Assembly (NCBI GenBank): GCA_023134715.1
Contig: JAGLUP010000002.1
Coordinates: forward strand, 143,906-207,905
Direction: 5' to 3'
DNA from: Candidatus Parcubacteria bacterium
GTDB taxonomy: Bacteria; Patescibacteriota; Minisyncoccia; Minisyncoccales; JAGLUP01
Length of the DNA stretch: 64,000 nt
Below, piece by piece: positions 1 through 10,539 of this stretch. Position numbers and translations under genes: made by a program. Within the stretch, counting starts at the first letter, position 1; the number at the start of each line of letters is the position of its first letter. The notes beneath the pieces are model-generated. The model was not told where the DNA came from and ran no database searches. It was given only the letters and a program-made list of their open reading frames with translations.

Positions 1-185
1 TCTGTTGCTTTTTTCTTTTGTTCTCCCCACGCTCTGTTTGATTCTCCTATGAGATTATCAATTATTGTATAACCTTGTTTTATTTTTGAAAAAACACTGG
101 AAATTATCATTAATATAAATGCTATTCCCAGCGCTCCCAAAAAAATTTTCCATACTATCCATGTTGTCAATTTTTTAATTTTCAT
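1..185 (-). CDS. hypothetical membrane protein, N-terminal part only (gene runs off the window start)
   Basis: ATG at 185 on minus strand; translation MKIKKLTTWIVWKIFLGALGIAFILMIISS... has a hydrophobic helix; frame open to position 1. Confidence 0.35.
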   Translation of the reverse strand, partial: MKIKKLTTWIVWKIFLGALGIAFILMIISSVFSKIKQGYTIIDNLIGESNRAWGEQKKKAT

Positions 186-308
186 TTTTTAAACAACTAT
201 ATTTAATAACTATAATAATATATAACAACATTTTTTTAAAAAAAGCAAGCCATCTGTTTGATGGCTTTTAAAAATTCTAGGAAAGAAATATATCAACATT
301 TAAAAAAA

Positions 309-342
309 GGTTCAACTTTCGACGATCGCGGAAAGTTGAACC
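309..342. repeat. CGATCG-centred palindromic element (GGTTCAA...TTGAACC family), copy 1; terminator-like
   Basis: ggttcaactttcgacgatcgcggaaagttgaacc flanked by an A-run and a T-run; same design at 8400-8433 and 14154-14187. Confidence 0.7.
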
Positions 343-434
343 CCTTTTGATTAGAAATTTAATATGTTAACCACGTAAAATATTTTATTTCCTACGGGGT
401 TGACATAAAGAGGTTTTTTGATAGATTAAAAGAA

Positions 435-500
435 GTATAAGTATAAGTATAAATATAAGTATAAATATAAGTATAAGCATAAGTATAAGTATAAGTAATA
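435..500. repeat. hexanucleotide tandem repeat (GTATAA)n, about 11 units
   Basis: gtataa gtataa gtataa atataa gtataa atataa gtataa gcataa gtataa gtataa gtaata, ending directly before the AGGAGGT Shine-Dalgarno of aroD. Confidence 0.9.
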
Positions 501-519
501 AATAGGAGGTACATTAAAA

Positions 520-1278
520 ATGACAAATACTGGAATGACTGGAATGATAGCAGGAGTTATTACCGATGCTACGAAGGAAAACATAATACCGCAATTGATA
601 AAAACAAAATTATTAAGAGTAGATTTTGCAGGAATAAGAGTTGATTTATTTGAAAAACAAGACCTGAAAACAATAATGGAAATATTCAGTGAAATTCATT
701 ATCAGAGAAATGCTGGAGTTAAACTTCCGCGAATTATTGCTACAGTGAGAATAAAAAGAGAAGGCGGCGGGTTTAAAAAAGGAGAAGAAGATCGCTCGTC
801 GGCATTCGTAAATATAATATCACATTTGGGACGAGGAGATTTTATCGATATTGAGTTATATGCAGAAGAAATAAGAGATATGGTTATTAGGATGGCAAGA
901 AAACAAGGATTGCGAGTGATTGTATCTTATCACAACTTTGAGGAAACGCCAGGGTATAGCAAACTTAAAAATATTATTAAAAGAGGAACAGAAGTCGGAG
1001 CAGATATAGCAAAGGTGGGAACTTTAGTAAATAGTGACGAGGATATTGCTACCTTAGGAATCACCTTAGATACTTGTAAATATGAAGGAAAGCCAGCAAT
1101 TATTCTTCCAATGGGGAAAGACAAAAGATGCAAAGAGGCAAGACTTTCAATGCCGTTTTTAATAAAAAATCGTATTAACTACGGAAGTATTGGTGATGCC
1201 AACGCGCCGGGACAGCCAACTGTGCAAGAGCTAAGGAACGCATTAAATTTGGCCAGGGAATTACCTTTAGCAATCTAA
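520..1278 (+). CDS. aroD: 3-dehydroquinate dehydratase, type I
   Basis: 252 aa; VSYHNFEETP (active-site His region) and ADIAKVGT (Schiff-base Lys region) typical of type I DHQase; AGGAGGT 8 nt upstream. Confidence 0.7.
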   Translation: MTNTGMTGMIAGVITDATKENIIPQLIKTKLLRVDFAGIRVDLFEKQDLKTIMEIFSEIHYQRNAGVKLPRIIATVRIKREGGGFKKGEEDRSSAFVNIISHLGRGDFIDIELYAEEIRDMVIRMARKQGLRVIVSYHNFEETPGYSKLKNIIKRGTEVGADIAKVGTLVNSDEDIATLGITLDTCKYEGKPAIILPMGKDKRCKEARLSMPFLIKNRINYGSIGDANAPGQPTVQELRNALNLARELPLAI

Positions 1279-1340
1279 ATTTTTAAAAAACAGCATCTCA
1301 ATGAGAAGCTGTCTTTTTTTTATTCTATTATTTTTTTATT

Positions 1341-2012
1341 CTATTTTGCGATTCGCCATTCTATTTTTGATTCTTTGTCGGCAAACTCCAGCCATTCGCT
1401 ATATTTGTTAATCACATACCATTTCTTTTTTGTTTCCGACCAAACCATTGGATCGCCGTCATAATATGGCTTTTTAACAACTTCTTTTGGCTTTAACCTA
1501 TCAAGCTCCAGCCATTTTTTAAAAACCGTCTCAATAGCATAATCAAGGTTTCTTGACTTTGCCCATTCAGCTACTTTAGTAATTGCTTTTTTTGCTTTTT
1601 CTGTGGAGCCGGCTAATTCTAAAAGCTGTTTCGCAGGTTTGGTGAATCGCGAGTAAATAATTTTTTGCTTTTTAGCGTCTCTTTTTAGTTCTTTTAAACT
1701 TAGTCCTTTTGTTTCAAAATAATGAGTAACAATTTGGCGAATCGCTGTTTCTTGTTTTAATTTTTCATAATATTCAATTTTGCCTTTTTTAAAATATTCT
1801 TCAATTTTTTTAGCAATACTCTCTCCCACACCTGAAATTTCTTTAAGGCCTTTGAGCCCCTTTTTTTTATAAATAAAAGAAGCTTCTTTTTCTAAATTTT
1901 CCAAAGACAAGGCGGCTTTTTCATAGGCCTTTAATTTAAAAGGCATCTCGCCCTTTATTTCAAGAAGTTCTTTTATTTTATATAATATTTGAGCAATTTT
2001 TTTATTAGTCAT
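1341..2012 (-). CDS. PolX-like N-terminal (8-kDa/helix-hairpin-helix) domain protein, no polymerase domain
   Basis: N-terminus IAQILYKIKELLEIKGE..FKLKAYEKAA....L.EISGVGESIAKKIEEY resembles the Pol beta/PolX lyase-HhH module; the rest is unassigned. Confidence 0.45.
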   Translation of the reverse strand: MTNKKIAQILYKIKELLEIKGEMPFKLKAYEKAALSLENLEKEASFIYKKKGLKGLKEISGVGESIAKKIEEYFKKGKIEYYEKLKQETAIRQIVTHYFETKGLSLKELKRDAKKQKIIYSRFTKPAKQLLELAGSTEKAKKAITKVAEWAKSRNLDYAIETVFKKWLELDRLKPKEVVKKPYYDGDPMVWSETKKKWYVINKYSEWLEFADKESKIEWRIAK

Positions 2013-2072
2013 TGTTTATTATATTTTACAACTAATCCGCAAAATAAAAAAGGGTATTTAGCCCTTTTATCT

Positions 2073-2525
2073 CTACAAATCAAAAATGTCTATTATGTGC
2101 GCTGAAGACGCAGCAAGCGACATTGTTAATACTGTTTCTCCAAATTTCTGAAAAGATTCGGCGATTCCTAGTTCCTTAATTTTATATTTCTCGAAAATGG
2201 TTTTGACATTTTTCTTTTTTTCTTCTAAGCTTTTTTCGCTAGTTACCTCTTCAACTATATCCATAATTGCCGCAAACATTATCTTTTTTAGATTCTCTTC
2301 TTCTGGTGTAACAGGCGGTTCTAATATCTCTCTAAATAATCCTGCTAGTTTTTCAGAAAGCATGCCTGCTATTCTCTTTATTTCTTCCTCGCCATCATCT
2401 CCTTCTTTAAAAAGCTCTCTCATACTTAAATCTTTTACCTTCTGACTCTTTGTTTGTTTTCTTAATATTTCTAATTCTAAAACTTCCTGTATTAATTTAT
2501 CCCTTTCTTTTGTCATTTTAATCAT
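2073..2525 (-). CDS. hypothetical acidic coiled-coil protein
   Basis: 150-aa ORF, no motif recognised; true start may be the second ATG (2516). Confidence 0.4.
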   Translation of the reverse strand: MIKMTKERDKLIQEVLELEILRKQTKSQKVKDLSMRELFKEGDDGEEEIKRIAGMLSEKLAGLFREILEPPVTPEEENLKKIMFAAIMDIVEEVTSEKSLEEKKKNVKTIFEKYKIKELGIAESFQKFGETVLTMSLAASSAHIIDIFDL

Positions 2526-2673
2526 CTAATATGTATTTATATTTTAAAAGAGCGGAAATCCTCGTGGGATCTCCGCTCTCTTTATTTCCAAGCGGAGATC
2601 ATCCATCTTGGATGTTTAATATAACATGAATAGTATCTTTTTGTCAATTAAAGCTTAATCGCTTGTTAAAAAT

Positions 2674-2702
2674 TTGACAAACGTTTTTGATTAGTTTATT
2701 AT
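2674..2702 (+). promoter_or_regulatory. putative sigma70-type promoter of the 16S rRNA operon
   Basis: TTGACA (2674-2679), 17-nt spacer, TATTAT (2697-2702), about 170 nt upstream of the 16S 5' end. Confidence 0.5.
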
Positions 2703-2867
2703 AAAGATGGAAAGAAAAATTGAAAGTTATTTGAAAATTAAATTTACTCTGTTAAAGATCCATTTAACAGAGTAAAGCAAAATCTTGAGTTCAGTTTTTT
2801 AGAGTTGTTCCGACTCTAAATTATGCAACGTAAGTTGCAACTTTGAAAATTTTTTAAATTTTCATTT

Positions 2868-4380
<1,513 letters not shown>

Positions 4381-4515
4381 TTTACTATTTTTAATAGTAA
4401 AGAGTGTCGATTATGGTTGAAATTTAAAATTTGAATTTTAACTATAGGGAGTTGGTCAAAGCTCCTTAAAGATTGACTATTCTGAGGCCGGGACAACTCT
4501 AAGAAACTGAAAAAT

Positions 4516-4550
4516 AAAAGCGCCCCGCTTAGCGGGGCGCTTTTATTTTT
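4516..4550 (+). terminator. rho-independent terminator after the 16S gene
   Basis: gcgccccgc-ttag-cggggcgc hairpin followed by ttttattttt. Confidence 0.85.
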
Positions 4551-4581
4551 CAGTCCTTTATGGTAAAATTAATAAAATAAT

Positions 4582-4968
4582 ATGAAAAAAAGAGCGCCAA
4601 AAATTTTATTGATTGAAGATGAAAAGATGTTATCAGAAATGTATATGGATAAATTTTCTCAAGCAGGATTTGAGGCAATTTTGAGTTCTGAGGCCAAAAA
4701 GGGTTTGAGATTGTTTAAAGGTAAAAAAAAGTTTGATTTAATTGTGCTTGATATTCTGCTTCCTTTAGAAAACGGAATTTATTTTTTGGAAAAATTAAGA
4801 AATCATAAAAATCCCGCGATTTCCTCAATTCCAGTAATAATTTTTTCAAATTTAGATGACCCAGAAATAGAGAGAAAAGCGCGCAAATTAGGAATTGAAG
4901 ATTATTTAATCAAAACCAATTATACGCCTAATCAAATTGTAAAAGAAATAAAAAAATATTTAAAATGA
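4582..4968 (+). CDS. single-domain response regulator (CheY-like receiver)
   Basis: 128 aa; ILLIEDE...DLIVLDILLP...IIFSN...K pattern of REC domains; no output domain. Confidence 0.8.
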   Translation: MKKRAPKILLIEDEKMLSEMYMDKFSQAGFEAILSSEAKKGLRLFKGKKKFDLIVLDILLPLENGIYFLEKLRNHKNPAISSIPVIIFSNLDDPEIERKARKLGIEDYLIKTNYTPNQIVKEIKKYLK

Positions 4969-6341
4969 AAAGAACATTGATTATTGAAACAATAAAAAAT
5001 TCTGGAAAACAAGTAAAAATTTGCGGCTGGGTGAACTCCCGAAGAGACCATGGGAAAATTATTTTCATAGACCTAAGAGATAAAACAGGTTTAGTACAGG
5101 TTGTTCTTAGCAACAGTTTAGAATCAGCGCAAAATTTACGAGAAGAATGGGTTGTTGAAATAACAGGCAAAGTAAATGAAAGACCGAAAGGAATGGAAAA
5201 TTCAAAAGCTGAAACAGGAAAAATAGAAATTAAAGCTGAAAAATTAAAAATCCTGTCTGAAGCAAAAACTCTGCCTTTTGACATAAATACTGATGGTTAT
5301 AAAATAAATGAAGAAAAACGATTAAAATACCGTTATTTAGATTTAAGAAGGCATAGATTGAAAAAAAATCTGGAAATGCGGCATAGGGTTATTCAGTTTA
5401 TGAGAGAATTTTTAATCAAACAGGATTTTACTGAAGTTGAAACCCCGATATTAACTAAATCAACCCCGGAAGGAGCCAGAGATTTCTTAGTGCCGGCCCG
5501 ATTGCAGCCAGGAAAATTTTACGCGCTTCCTCAATCTCCGCAACAATATAAGCAACTTTTAATGGTTGCGGGACTGGAAAAATATTTTCAAATTGCCAGA
5601 TGTCTGAGAGACGAAGACCAAAGAGCTGACAGGCAGGCAGAACATACTCAATTAGATATTGAAATGTCTTTTGCTGACCAAGAAGATATTATGTCTTTAA
5701 TAGAACAATTATATATAGATTTAACAAGTAAATTATTTCCTCATAAAAAAATCCAAAAAATTCCTTTTCCTCGGATTACTTACAAGGAAGCGATTAAAAA
5801 ATATAAAACAGACAGGCCTGATTTAAGAAAGGACAAATCAAATCCTGATGAACTAGCTTTTGCCTTTATTACTGATTTTCCAATGTTCCAATATCATAAA
5901 AAAGATAAAAAGTGGGGAGCCGAGCATAATCCATTCACCCTCCCGCAAACCGACAATATCCAAAAAATCAAAAAAAATCCAAAAGATATTTTAGCATATC
6001 AATATGATATTGCTTTAAACGGCTATGAAATCGGCGGAGGAGGTTTGCGAACTACAAATTTAGATATTTTAACAGCTGTTTTTGAAATTTTAGGCCATAA
6101 GAAAAAAGACATAGAAAAAAACTTTGCTAATTACTTTAAAGCGTTTTCTTATGGCGTTCCTCCTCACGGAGGGATTGCCATGGGGATTGACAGATTTTTA
6201 ACTGTTGTTTTGAATGAGCCAAATATTAGAGAAGTAATTGCTTTTCCAAAGACAGGAGATAACCGCGACTTAATGATGGAAATTCCTTCAACAGTAGAAA
6301 AAAAACAACTTAAAGAACTGCATCTTAAAATTGATGAATAA
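4965..6341 (+). CDS. aspS: aspartate--tRNA ligase, bacterial-type core lacking the GAD insertion domain
   Basis: FYALPQSPQQYKQLLMVAG..YFQIARCLRDEDQRADRQAEHTQLDIEMSF (motif 2 region), GGGLR, and a class II motif 3 region (GIAMGIDR); only 458 aa. Confidence 0.9.
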   Translation: MKRTLIIETIKNSGKQVKICGWVNSRRDHGKIIFIDLRDKTGLVQVVLSNSLESAQNLREEWVVEITGKVNERPKGMENSKAETGKIEIKAEKLKILSEAKTLPFDINTDGYKINEEKRLKYRYLDLRRHRLKKNLEMRHRVIQFMREFLIKQDFTEVETPILTKSTPEGARDFLVPARLQPGKFYALPQSPQQYKQLLMVAGLEKYFQIARCLRDEDQRADRQAEHTQLDIEMSFADQEDIMSLIEQLYIDLTSKLFPHKKIQKIPFPRITYKEAIKKYKTDRPDLRKDKSNPDELAFAFITDFPMFQYHKKDKKWGAEHNPFTLPQTDNIQKIKKNPKDILAYQYDIALNGYEIGGGGLRTTNLDILTAVFEILGHKKKDIEKNFANYFKAFSYGVPPHGGIAMGIDRFLTVVLNEPNIREVIAFPKTGDNRDLMMEIPSTVEKKQLKELHLKIDE

Positions 6342-7341
6342 AAAAATAATTGAAAATAATAATCTAAAAAAGATTTTGATTGTTCTTTTAGTTTTTTTTA
6401 CCAGCACTTTCTTGGGATTAAAAATAAATGCTTCAGACAAAAGATTGGAAAATTTTTTCTTTGAGCAAATAATTGAAAAAAATTCAGATATATTATTTGC
6501 CAAAGCTATGTCTGATAAAATACTATTACGACCAAGAAAAAATTCAAAAGCGCCTGAATTAGAGCTTGAAGCAATGGCAGCTATTTCAATATATGTAAAC
6601 CCAGAAAGAAAAGAAAAAATTCTTTTCAAAAAACAGGCCTTTGAAAAACTACATATTGCAAGTTTAACGAAATTAATGACAGCTTCAGTTTCTTTGGATA
6701 TTTACGAATTTGAACAAAAATTAGAAATAACTAAAAAAGCGGTTGAGCAGCCCGAAAGAAGGGGAGAATTAATCCCGGGAAACATTCTTTCCGTAAAAGA
6801 CCTCCTTTATACTATGCTTGTTGAATCAAGCAATGACGCAGCGCAGGCATTAGCTGAAGGAAAAACAGCTGGAAAACCAACAACAAAGGAAAAAGAATTT
6901 ATAAATTTAATGAACAAAAGGGCATTCTCTTTAAAAATGGAAAATACTCATTTTGGAAATGCTTCTGGGCTAGACCCTGAGAATAGAGAAACCCCGAATC
7001 TTTCTACGGCTAAAGATTTGAGCAAATTTATAAAATATTTAATTTTTAATCAACCTCAAATCTTGGAAATAACCAACGCGCTTTCTTATGAGGTTTCGGA
7101 AGAAAATGGCTTCCATCATTTCATTAGTGAAAATATAAATATACTTTTAAAAGAAATTCCGGAAATCATAGGAGGTAAAACCGGCTATACTGAAGAAGCT
7201 GGCGGTTGTATTATTTTAGCTTTAGAAGCGCCAAAAAATGGCTATATTATTAATGTTATTTTAGGGTCAGAATCTTCCCAAACTAGATTTGAAGAAATGA
7301 GAAAATTAATAAAATGGACCAACGGGTCTTATACTTGGTAA
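6331..7341 (+). CDS. D-alanyl-D-alanine carboxypeptidase (S11, PBP5/6-like)
   Basis: SxxK (ASLTK), SxN (SSND), KTG (KTGYT) motifs in the correct order; N-terminal TM/signal; the start is probably ATG at 6334. Confidence 0.8.
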   Translation: MMNKKIIENNNLKKILIVLLVFFTSTFLGLKINASDKRLENFFFEQIIEKNSDILFAKAMSDKILLRPRKNSKAPELELEAMAAISIYVNPERKEKILFKKQAFEKLHIASLTKLMTASVSLDIYEFEQKLEITKKAVEQPERRGELIPGNILSVKDLLYTMLVESSNDAAQALAEGKTAGKPTTKEKEFINLMNKRAFSLKMENTHFGNASGLDPENRETPNLSTAKDLSKFIKYLIFNQPQILEITNALSYEVSEENGFHHFISENINILLKEIPEIIGGKTGYTEEAGGCIILALEAPKNGYIINVILGSESSQTRFEEMRKLIKWTNGSYTW

Positions 7342-7344
7342 ATT

Positions 7345-8394
7345 ATGATTTTTTCTTTTAGTCCCAATCTTACTTTTAATATAATAAGAATATTCTTTCT
7401 TACTGCTTTAAGCTCTGGCTTGGCAGTTCTTTTAACTCCGATTCTAACTCATTTCTTGTATAAATATAAACTTTGGAGAAAAGAAGCAAGAAAAAAAACA
7501 ATCACAGGAGATGAAGCAGTCGTCTTTTATAAGCTGCACAAAGAAAGAGAGGTCAGCACGCCTCGCGGAGGTGGAATTTTAATTTGGGCAACAACCTTAA
7601 TAATTATTTTGCTTTGCGCCTTGTCGCAAGAATTTAACTTTCTTTCTCGCGGACAAACTTGGCTTCCTTTTTTCGCCTTAATGGTTGGCTCAATCGTTGG
7701 TCTTTTTGACGACATTTTGCAGGTTTTTGGCAAGGGAAAATATGTTGCCGGAGGACTTAGCTTTAAACAACGGATGGCAGTAATAATTCTTATAGGTTTA
7801 ATCGGGGGAGCTTGGTGTTATTTTAAGCTCGGATGGGATACAATTCATATTCCTTTAATAGGAGATTTATTTATTGATTTTTGGTATATTCCTCTTTTTA
7901 TAATAGTAATGCTTGCTTCATGGTCCGGAGGAATAATTGACGGCATAGACGGCTTAGCCGGAGGAATTTTTGCTATTATGTTCGGCGCTTACGGAATAAT
8001 TGCTTTCTGGCAGGGACTTTTTGATTTAGCGGCTTTTTGCGCTGTAATAAGCGGAGCGATTCTGGCGTTTTTATGGTTTAATATTCCGCCAGCAAGATTT
8101 TATATGGGAGAAACAGGAACCATAGGGCTAACTTCAGCTTTGGCTGTGGTTGCCTTTTTAACTGATTCTGTGGCTGTCCTGCCAATAATTGCCGGGCTTT
8201 TAGTAATAGAATCCGGTTCTGTAATTTTACAACTTCTCTCTAAAAAATTCAGGAAGAAAAAAATCTGGCTCTGCACTCCGATTCATCACCATTTTGAAGC
8301 CAAGGGCTGGCCTCCGCACAAAGTAACAATGCGCTTCTGGCTGATTGGAATCATTTTGGCTATTCTCGGCGTTACCATAAGATTATTAGGATAA
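7345..8394 (+). CDS. mraY: phospho-N-acetylmuramoyl-pentapeptide transferase
   Basis: 349 aa polytopic; DDxxQV-like FDDILQVFGK, IIDGIDGLAGG, PIHHHFEAKGW. Confidence 0.9.
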   Translation: MIFSFSPNLTFNIIRIFFLTALSSGLAVLLTPILTHFLYKYKLWRKEARKKTITGDEAVVFYKLHKEREVSTPRGGGILIWATTLIIILLCALSQEFNFLSRGQTWLPFFALMVGSIVGLFDDILQVFGKGKYVAGGLSFKQRMAVIILIGLIGGAWCYFKLGWDTIHIPLIGDLFIDFWYIPLFIIVMLASWSGGIIDGIDGLAGGIFAIMFGAYGIIAFWQGLFDLAAFCAVISGAILAFLWFNIPPARFYMGETGTIGLTSALAVVAFLTDSVAVLPIIAGLLVIESGSVILQLLSKKFRKKKIWLCTPIHHHFEAKGWPPHKVTMRFWLIGIILAILGVTIRLLG

Positions 8395-8399
8395 AAAAA

Positions 8400-8433
8400 G
8401 GTTCAATTCCCGACGATCGCGGGAATTTGAACC
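8400..8433. repeat. CGATCG-centred palindromic element, copy 2 (acts as mraY terminator)
   Basis: aaaaaaag-gttcaattcccgacgatcgcgggaatttgaacc-ctttttt directly after the mraY stop. Confidence 0.75.
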
Positions 8434-8491
8434 CTTTTTTGATTCCGTAAAAATTTGGTCATTAGAGTGATTATTTAAATAAATTTAGCGT

Positions 8492-8521
8492 AACAAATCT
8501 CGCCGATCGGCGAGATTTGTT
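8492..8521. repeat. 30-bp perfect palindrome centred on CGATCG
   Basis: aacaaatctcgccgatcggcgagatttgtt. Confidence 0.8.
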
Positions 8522-8539
8522 ATTTTATTTCCAGTTTAT

Positions 8540-8632
8540 TTGACAATTTAGGAAAAATTCGCTATCATTAAAATCAGAGATGAGAAAAACTCATCATCTT
8601 AAAAAATAAATATAAATAAATGGGTGATTTGA
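8540..8632 (+). promoter_or_regulatory. promoter plus conserved 5' leader of lipoprotein paralogue 1
   Basis: TTGACA-17 nt-TATCAT, then leader hairpin agatgag-aaaaa-ctcatc and GGGTGAT before ATG; about 90 nt nearly identical to 10019-10110. Confidence 0.6.
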
Positions 8633-9019
8633 ATGAAAATGAAAACGACAAAATGGATAATGGCAATAATGGGAGTATTGCTCTTATTAATGTTATCAGG
8701 ATGTGTTGATGAAAAGAAAACCACAATAAGCAGTAAGGAATATAATATTGACGGCAACGCAACAACAAAAATCGTTGAATTGGAGCCGGAAAAAACATGC
8801 TTTCTTGGTATCTGCGATTGCGAAACAAGAAAACGCCAAATAACAGGAATAATTTTAGATATTGAATTTAATCTAGGAGAACAGAGTGTTTTTGTTTTTA
8901 AAAACGGTTTTGTTACAGCCCTATATCCTGCCGAAAATTTTGACTATGTTTTAAACAAAACCCACATAATAACTGTTTCGGGCAAGAGAACGATAGTAGA
9001 TGTTCAAATTATAGAATAG
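8633..9019 (+). CDS. small lipoprotein, paralogue 1
   Basis: signal peptide with lipobox LLMLSGC; 128 aa; paralogue of 10111..10485. Confidence 0.6.
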   Translation: MKMKTTKWIMAIMGVLLLLMLSGCVDEKKTTISSKEYNIDGNATTKIVELEPEKTCFLGICDCETRKRQITGIILDIEFNLGEQSVFVFKNGFVTALYPAENFDYVLNKTHIITVSGKRTIVDVQIIE

Positions 9020-9130
9020 CTGGAATTAATTCCAGTTCTTTTTTTTGGTTTAAAAAAAAGCTATAATAAATATAATAAAAAAGTTGGACATTAAAAATCA
9101 AATAAACAAAAGGTAATAAAAGGTGATAAA

Positions 9131-9976
9131 ATGGAAACAATAAATGTTGGAATTTTCGGCGGAACCGGAAGATTAGGAGAACACTTAGTCAAAATTTTAG
9201 AAGAACACTCTGGAGTAGAAATAGTTTATACGCATAGTAGAAAAAAAGAAAATGTGAAAGGAAATTTAAATAAAACTGATTTTATATTTTTGGCCCTGCC
9301 ATACGGAAAAAGCAGATATTATCTTTCTAAAATAAAAGATAAGAGGATAATAGATTGCAGTATAGACCACCGGACAGATAGTTTCTGGATATATGGCTCA
9401 TCAGAACTAAACAGAGAAGAAATCAAAGAAGCGCAATACGTGGCAAATCCTGGCTGTTACGCAACCTCAATTATTTTATCTTTAGCTCCTCTAAAAGAAT
9501 ACGGATTGCTAACCCGTCTTAAAATCTGCGGTTTTAGCAGTATTTCTGGAGCCGGAAAAGGATTAAAAAAAGAAGAGAATGTTTTGCTTTACTCGGCAGG
9601 AAGAGAACATCCCCAAATTAAAGAAATAAAATCTGTATTAAATTTATCAGATGTTTCATTGTGCTGCTACCGAGTAGATTCAATAGATAGAGGATTAACC
9701 TCAGTCAGCTATAGTGATGGTTCTCTTGTAAATATAGATAAAATATACAAGAAATTTTATAAAGGAGAACCATTTATTAGATTAAAAGGAGAAAAAGAAA
9801 AAATTGAAACAAAAAAAGTTCAGGGAACAAATTTCTGCGATATAAAAGTTCTTAGTGACGAAAAAAATGTTACCGCAATTTCTGCTTTAGATAACATATT
9901 AAAAGGTGGGGCAGGACAAGCAGTCCAAAATTTTAATATTATGTATGACTTTAAAGAAACATTGGGACTTTTGTAA
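9131..9976 (+). CDS. argC: N-acetyl-gamma-glutamyl-phosphate reductase-like (ArgC/LysY family), short form
   Basis: N-terminal GxxGxxG (GIFGGTGRLG), active-site ANPGCYATS, C-terminal LDNILKGGAGQAVQNFNIM typical of ArgC; 281 aa is shorter than usual. Confidence 0.65.
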   Translation: METINVGIFGGTGRLGEHLVKILEEHSGVEIVYTHSRKKENVKGNLNKTDFIFLALPYGKSRYYLSKIKDKRIIDCSIDHRTDSFWIYGSSELNREEIKEAQYVANPGCYATSIILSLAPLKEYGLLTRLKICGFSSISGAGKGLKKEENVLLYSAGREHPQIKEIKSVLNLSDVSLCCYRVDSIDRGLTSVSYSDGSLVNIDKIYKKFYKGEPFIRLKGEKEKIETKKVQGTNFCDIKVLSDEKNVTAISALDNILKGGAGQAVQNFNIMYDFKETLGLL

Positions 9977-10018
9977 ACATTAAAAGCTATCGTCATAAAA
10001 TTCGATAGCTTCTTTTTA

Positions 10019-10110
10019 TTGACAATTTGGAAAAGCTTGCTATGATTAAAATCAGAGATGAGGAAAACTCATCATCTTAAAAACTAAATATAAATAAATG
10101 GGTGATATGA
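10019..10110 (+). promoter_or_regulatory. promoter plus conserved 5' leader of lipoprotein paralogue 2
   Basis: TTGACA-16 nt-TATGAT, and the same leader hairpin and GGGTGAT as 8540-8632. Confidence 0.6.
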
Positions 10111-10485
10111 ATGAAAATGACAAAATGGATAATGGGAGTTTTTTTAATTATTGTTTTGGTTTGTTTGTCTGGATGCGTTGATGAAGAAAAAACTGCCGCT
10201 AAAACAATAAACTATGGCAGCACAAATTTAACAGAAACAAGAGGGCCTCATAAAAGCTTAATTGGATTAGAACTAGATACATACAGGATAACCGGAAAGA
10301 TAATTGATATTGATTATATTATAACTAGGGAATATTTAATTACCTTTGAAGGCGATATCACTGTCCCGATATGTTCTATTGAAGGATATAATTTGGAAAA
10401 AGGAAAGTTTTACAGAATGGAAATCATTAAACATGGGGGAATTAAAGGCAGGTGCAGAAAAATAATGAAGCTGGAAGAAATCTAA
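10111..10485 (+). CDS. small lipoprotein, paralogue 2
   Basis: lipobox LVCLSGC; 124 aa; its downstream terminator/TATAAT block is also duplicated from the block after 9019. Confidence 0.6.
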   Translation: MKMTKWIMGVFLIIVLVCLSGCVDEEKTAAKTINYGSTNLTETRGPHKSLIGLELDTYRITGKIIDIDYIITREYLITFEGDITVPICSIEGYNLEKGKFYRMEIIKHGGIKGRCRKIMKLEEI

Positions 10486-10539
10486 TTCCAGTTCTTTTTT
10501 TTGGTTTAAAAAAAAGCTATAATAAACCCAGTAGTAAAG

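Noticed and set aside
435-500. CRISPR array search: the tandem repeats at 435-500, 15847-15888, 20371-20405 and the repeated modules at 55.4-58.5 kb
   Set aside because: The units are 6-7 nt with no unique spacers, or are hundreds of nt with different architecture. There is no 25-40-nt repeat/spacer periodicity and no cas genes in the window.
8400-8433. tRNA-like T-arm sequences (GGTTCAATTCCCG, GGTTCAAATCCCC) in the CGATCG palindromes at 8400-8433 and 14154-14187
   Set aside because: No D-arm, anticodon arm or acceptor pairing can be built around them. The symmetry shows they are hairpin or terminator elements, at most tRNA-derived relics.
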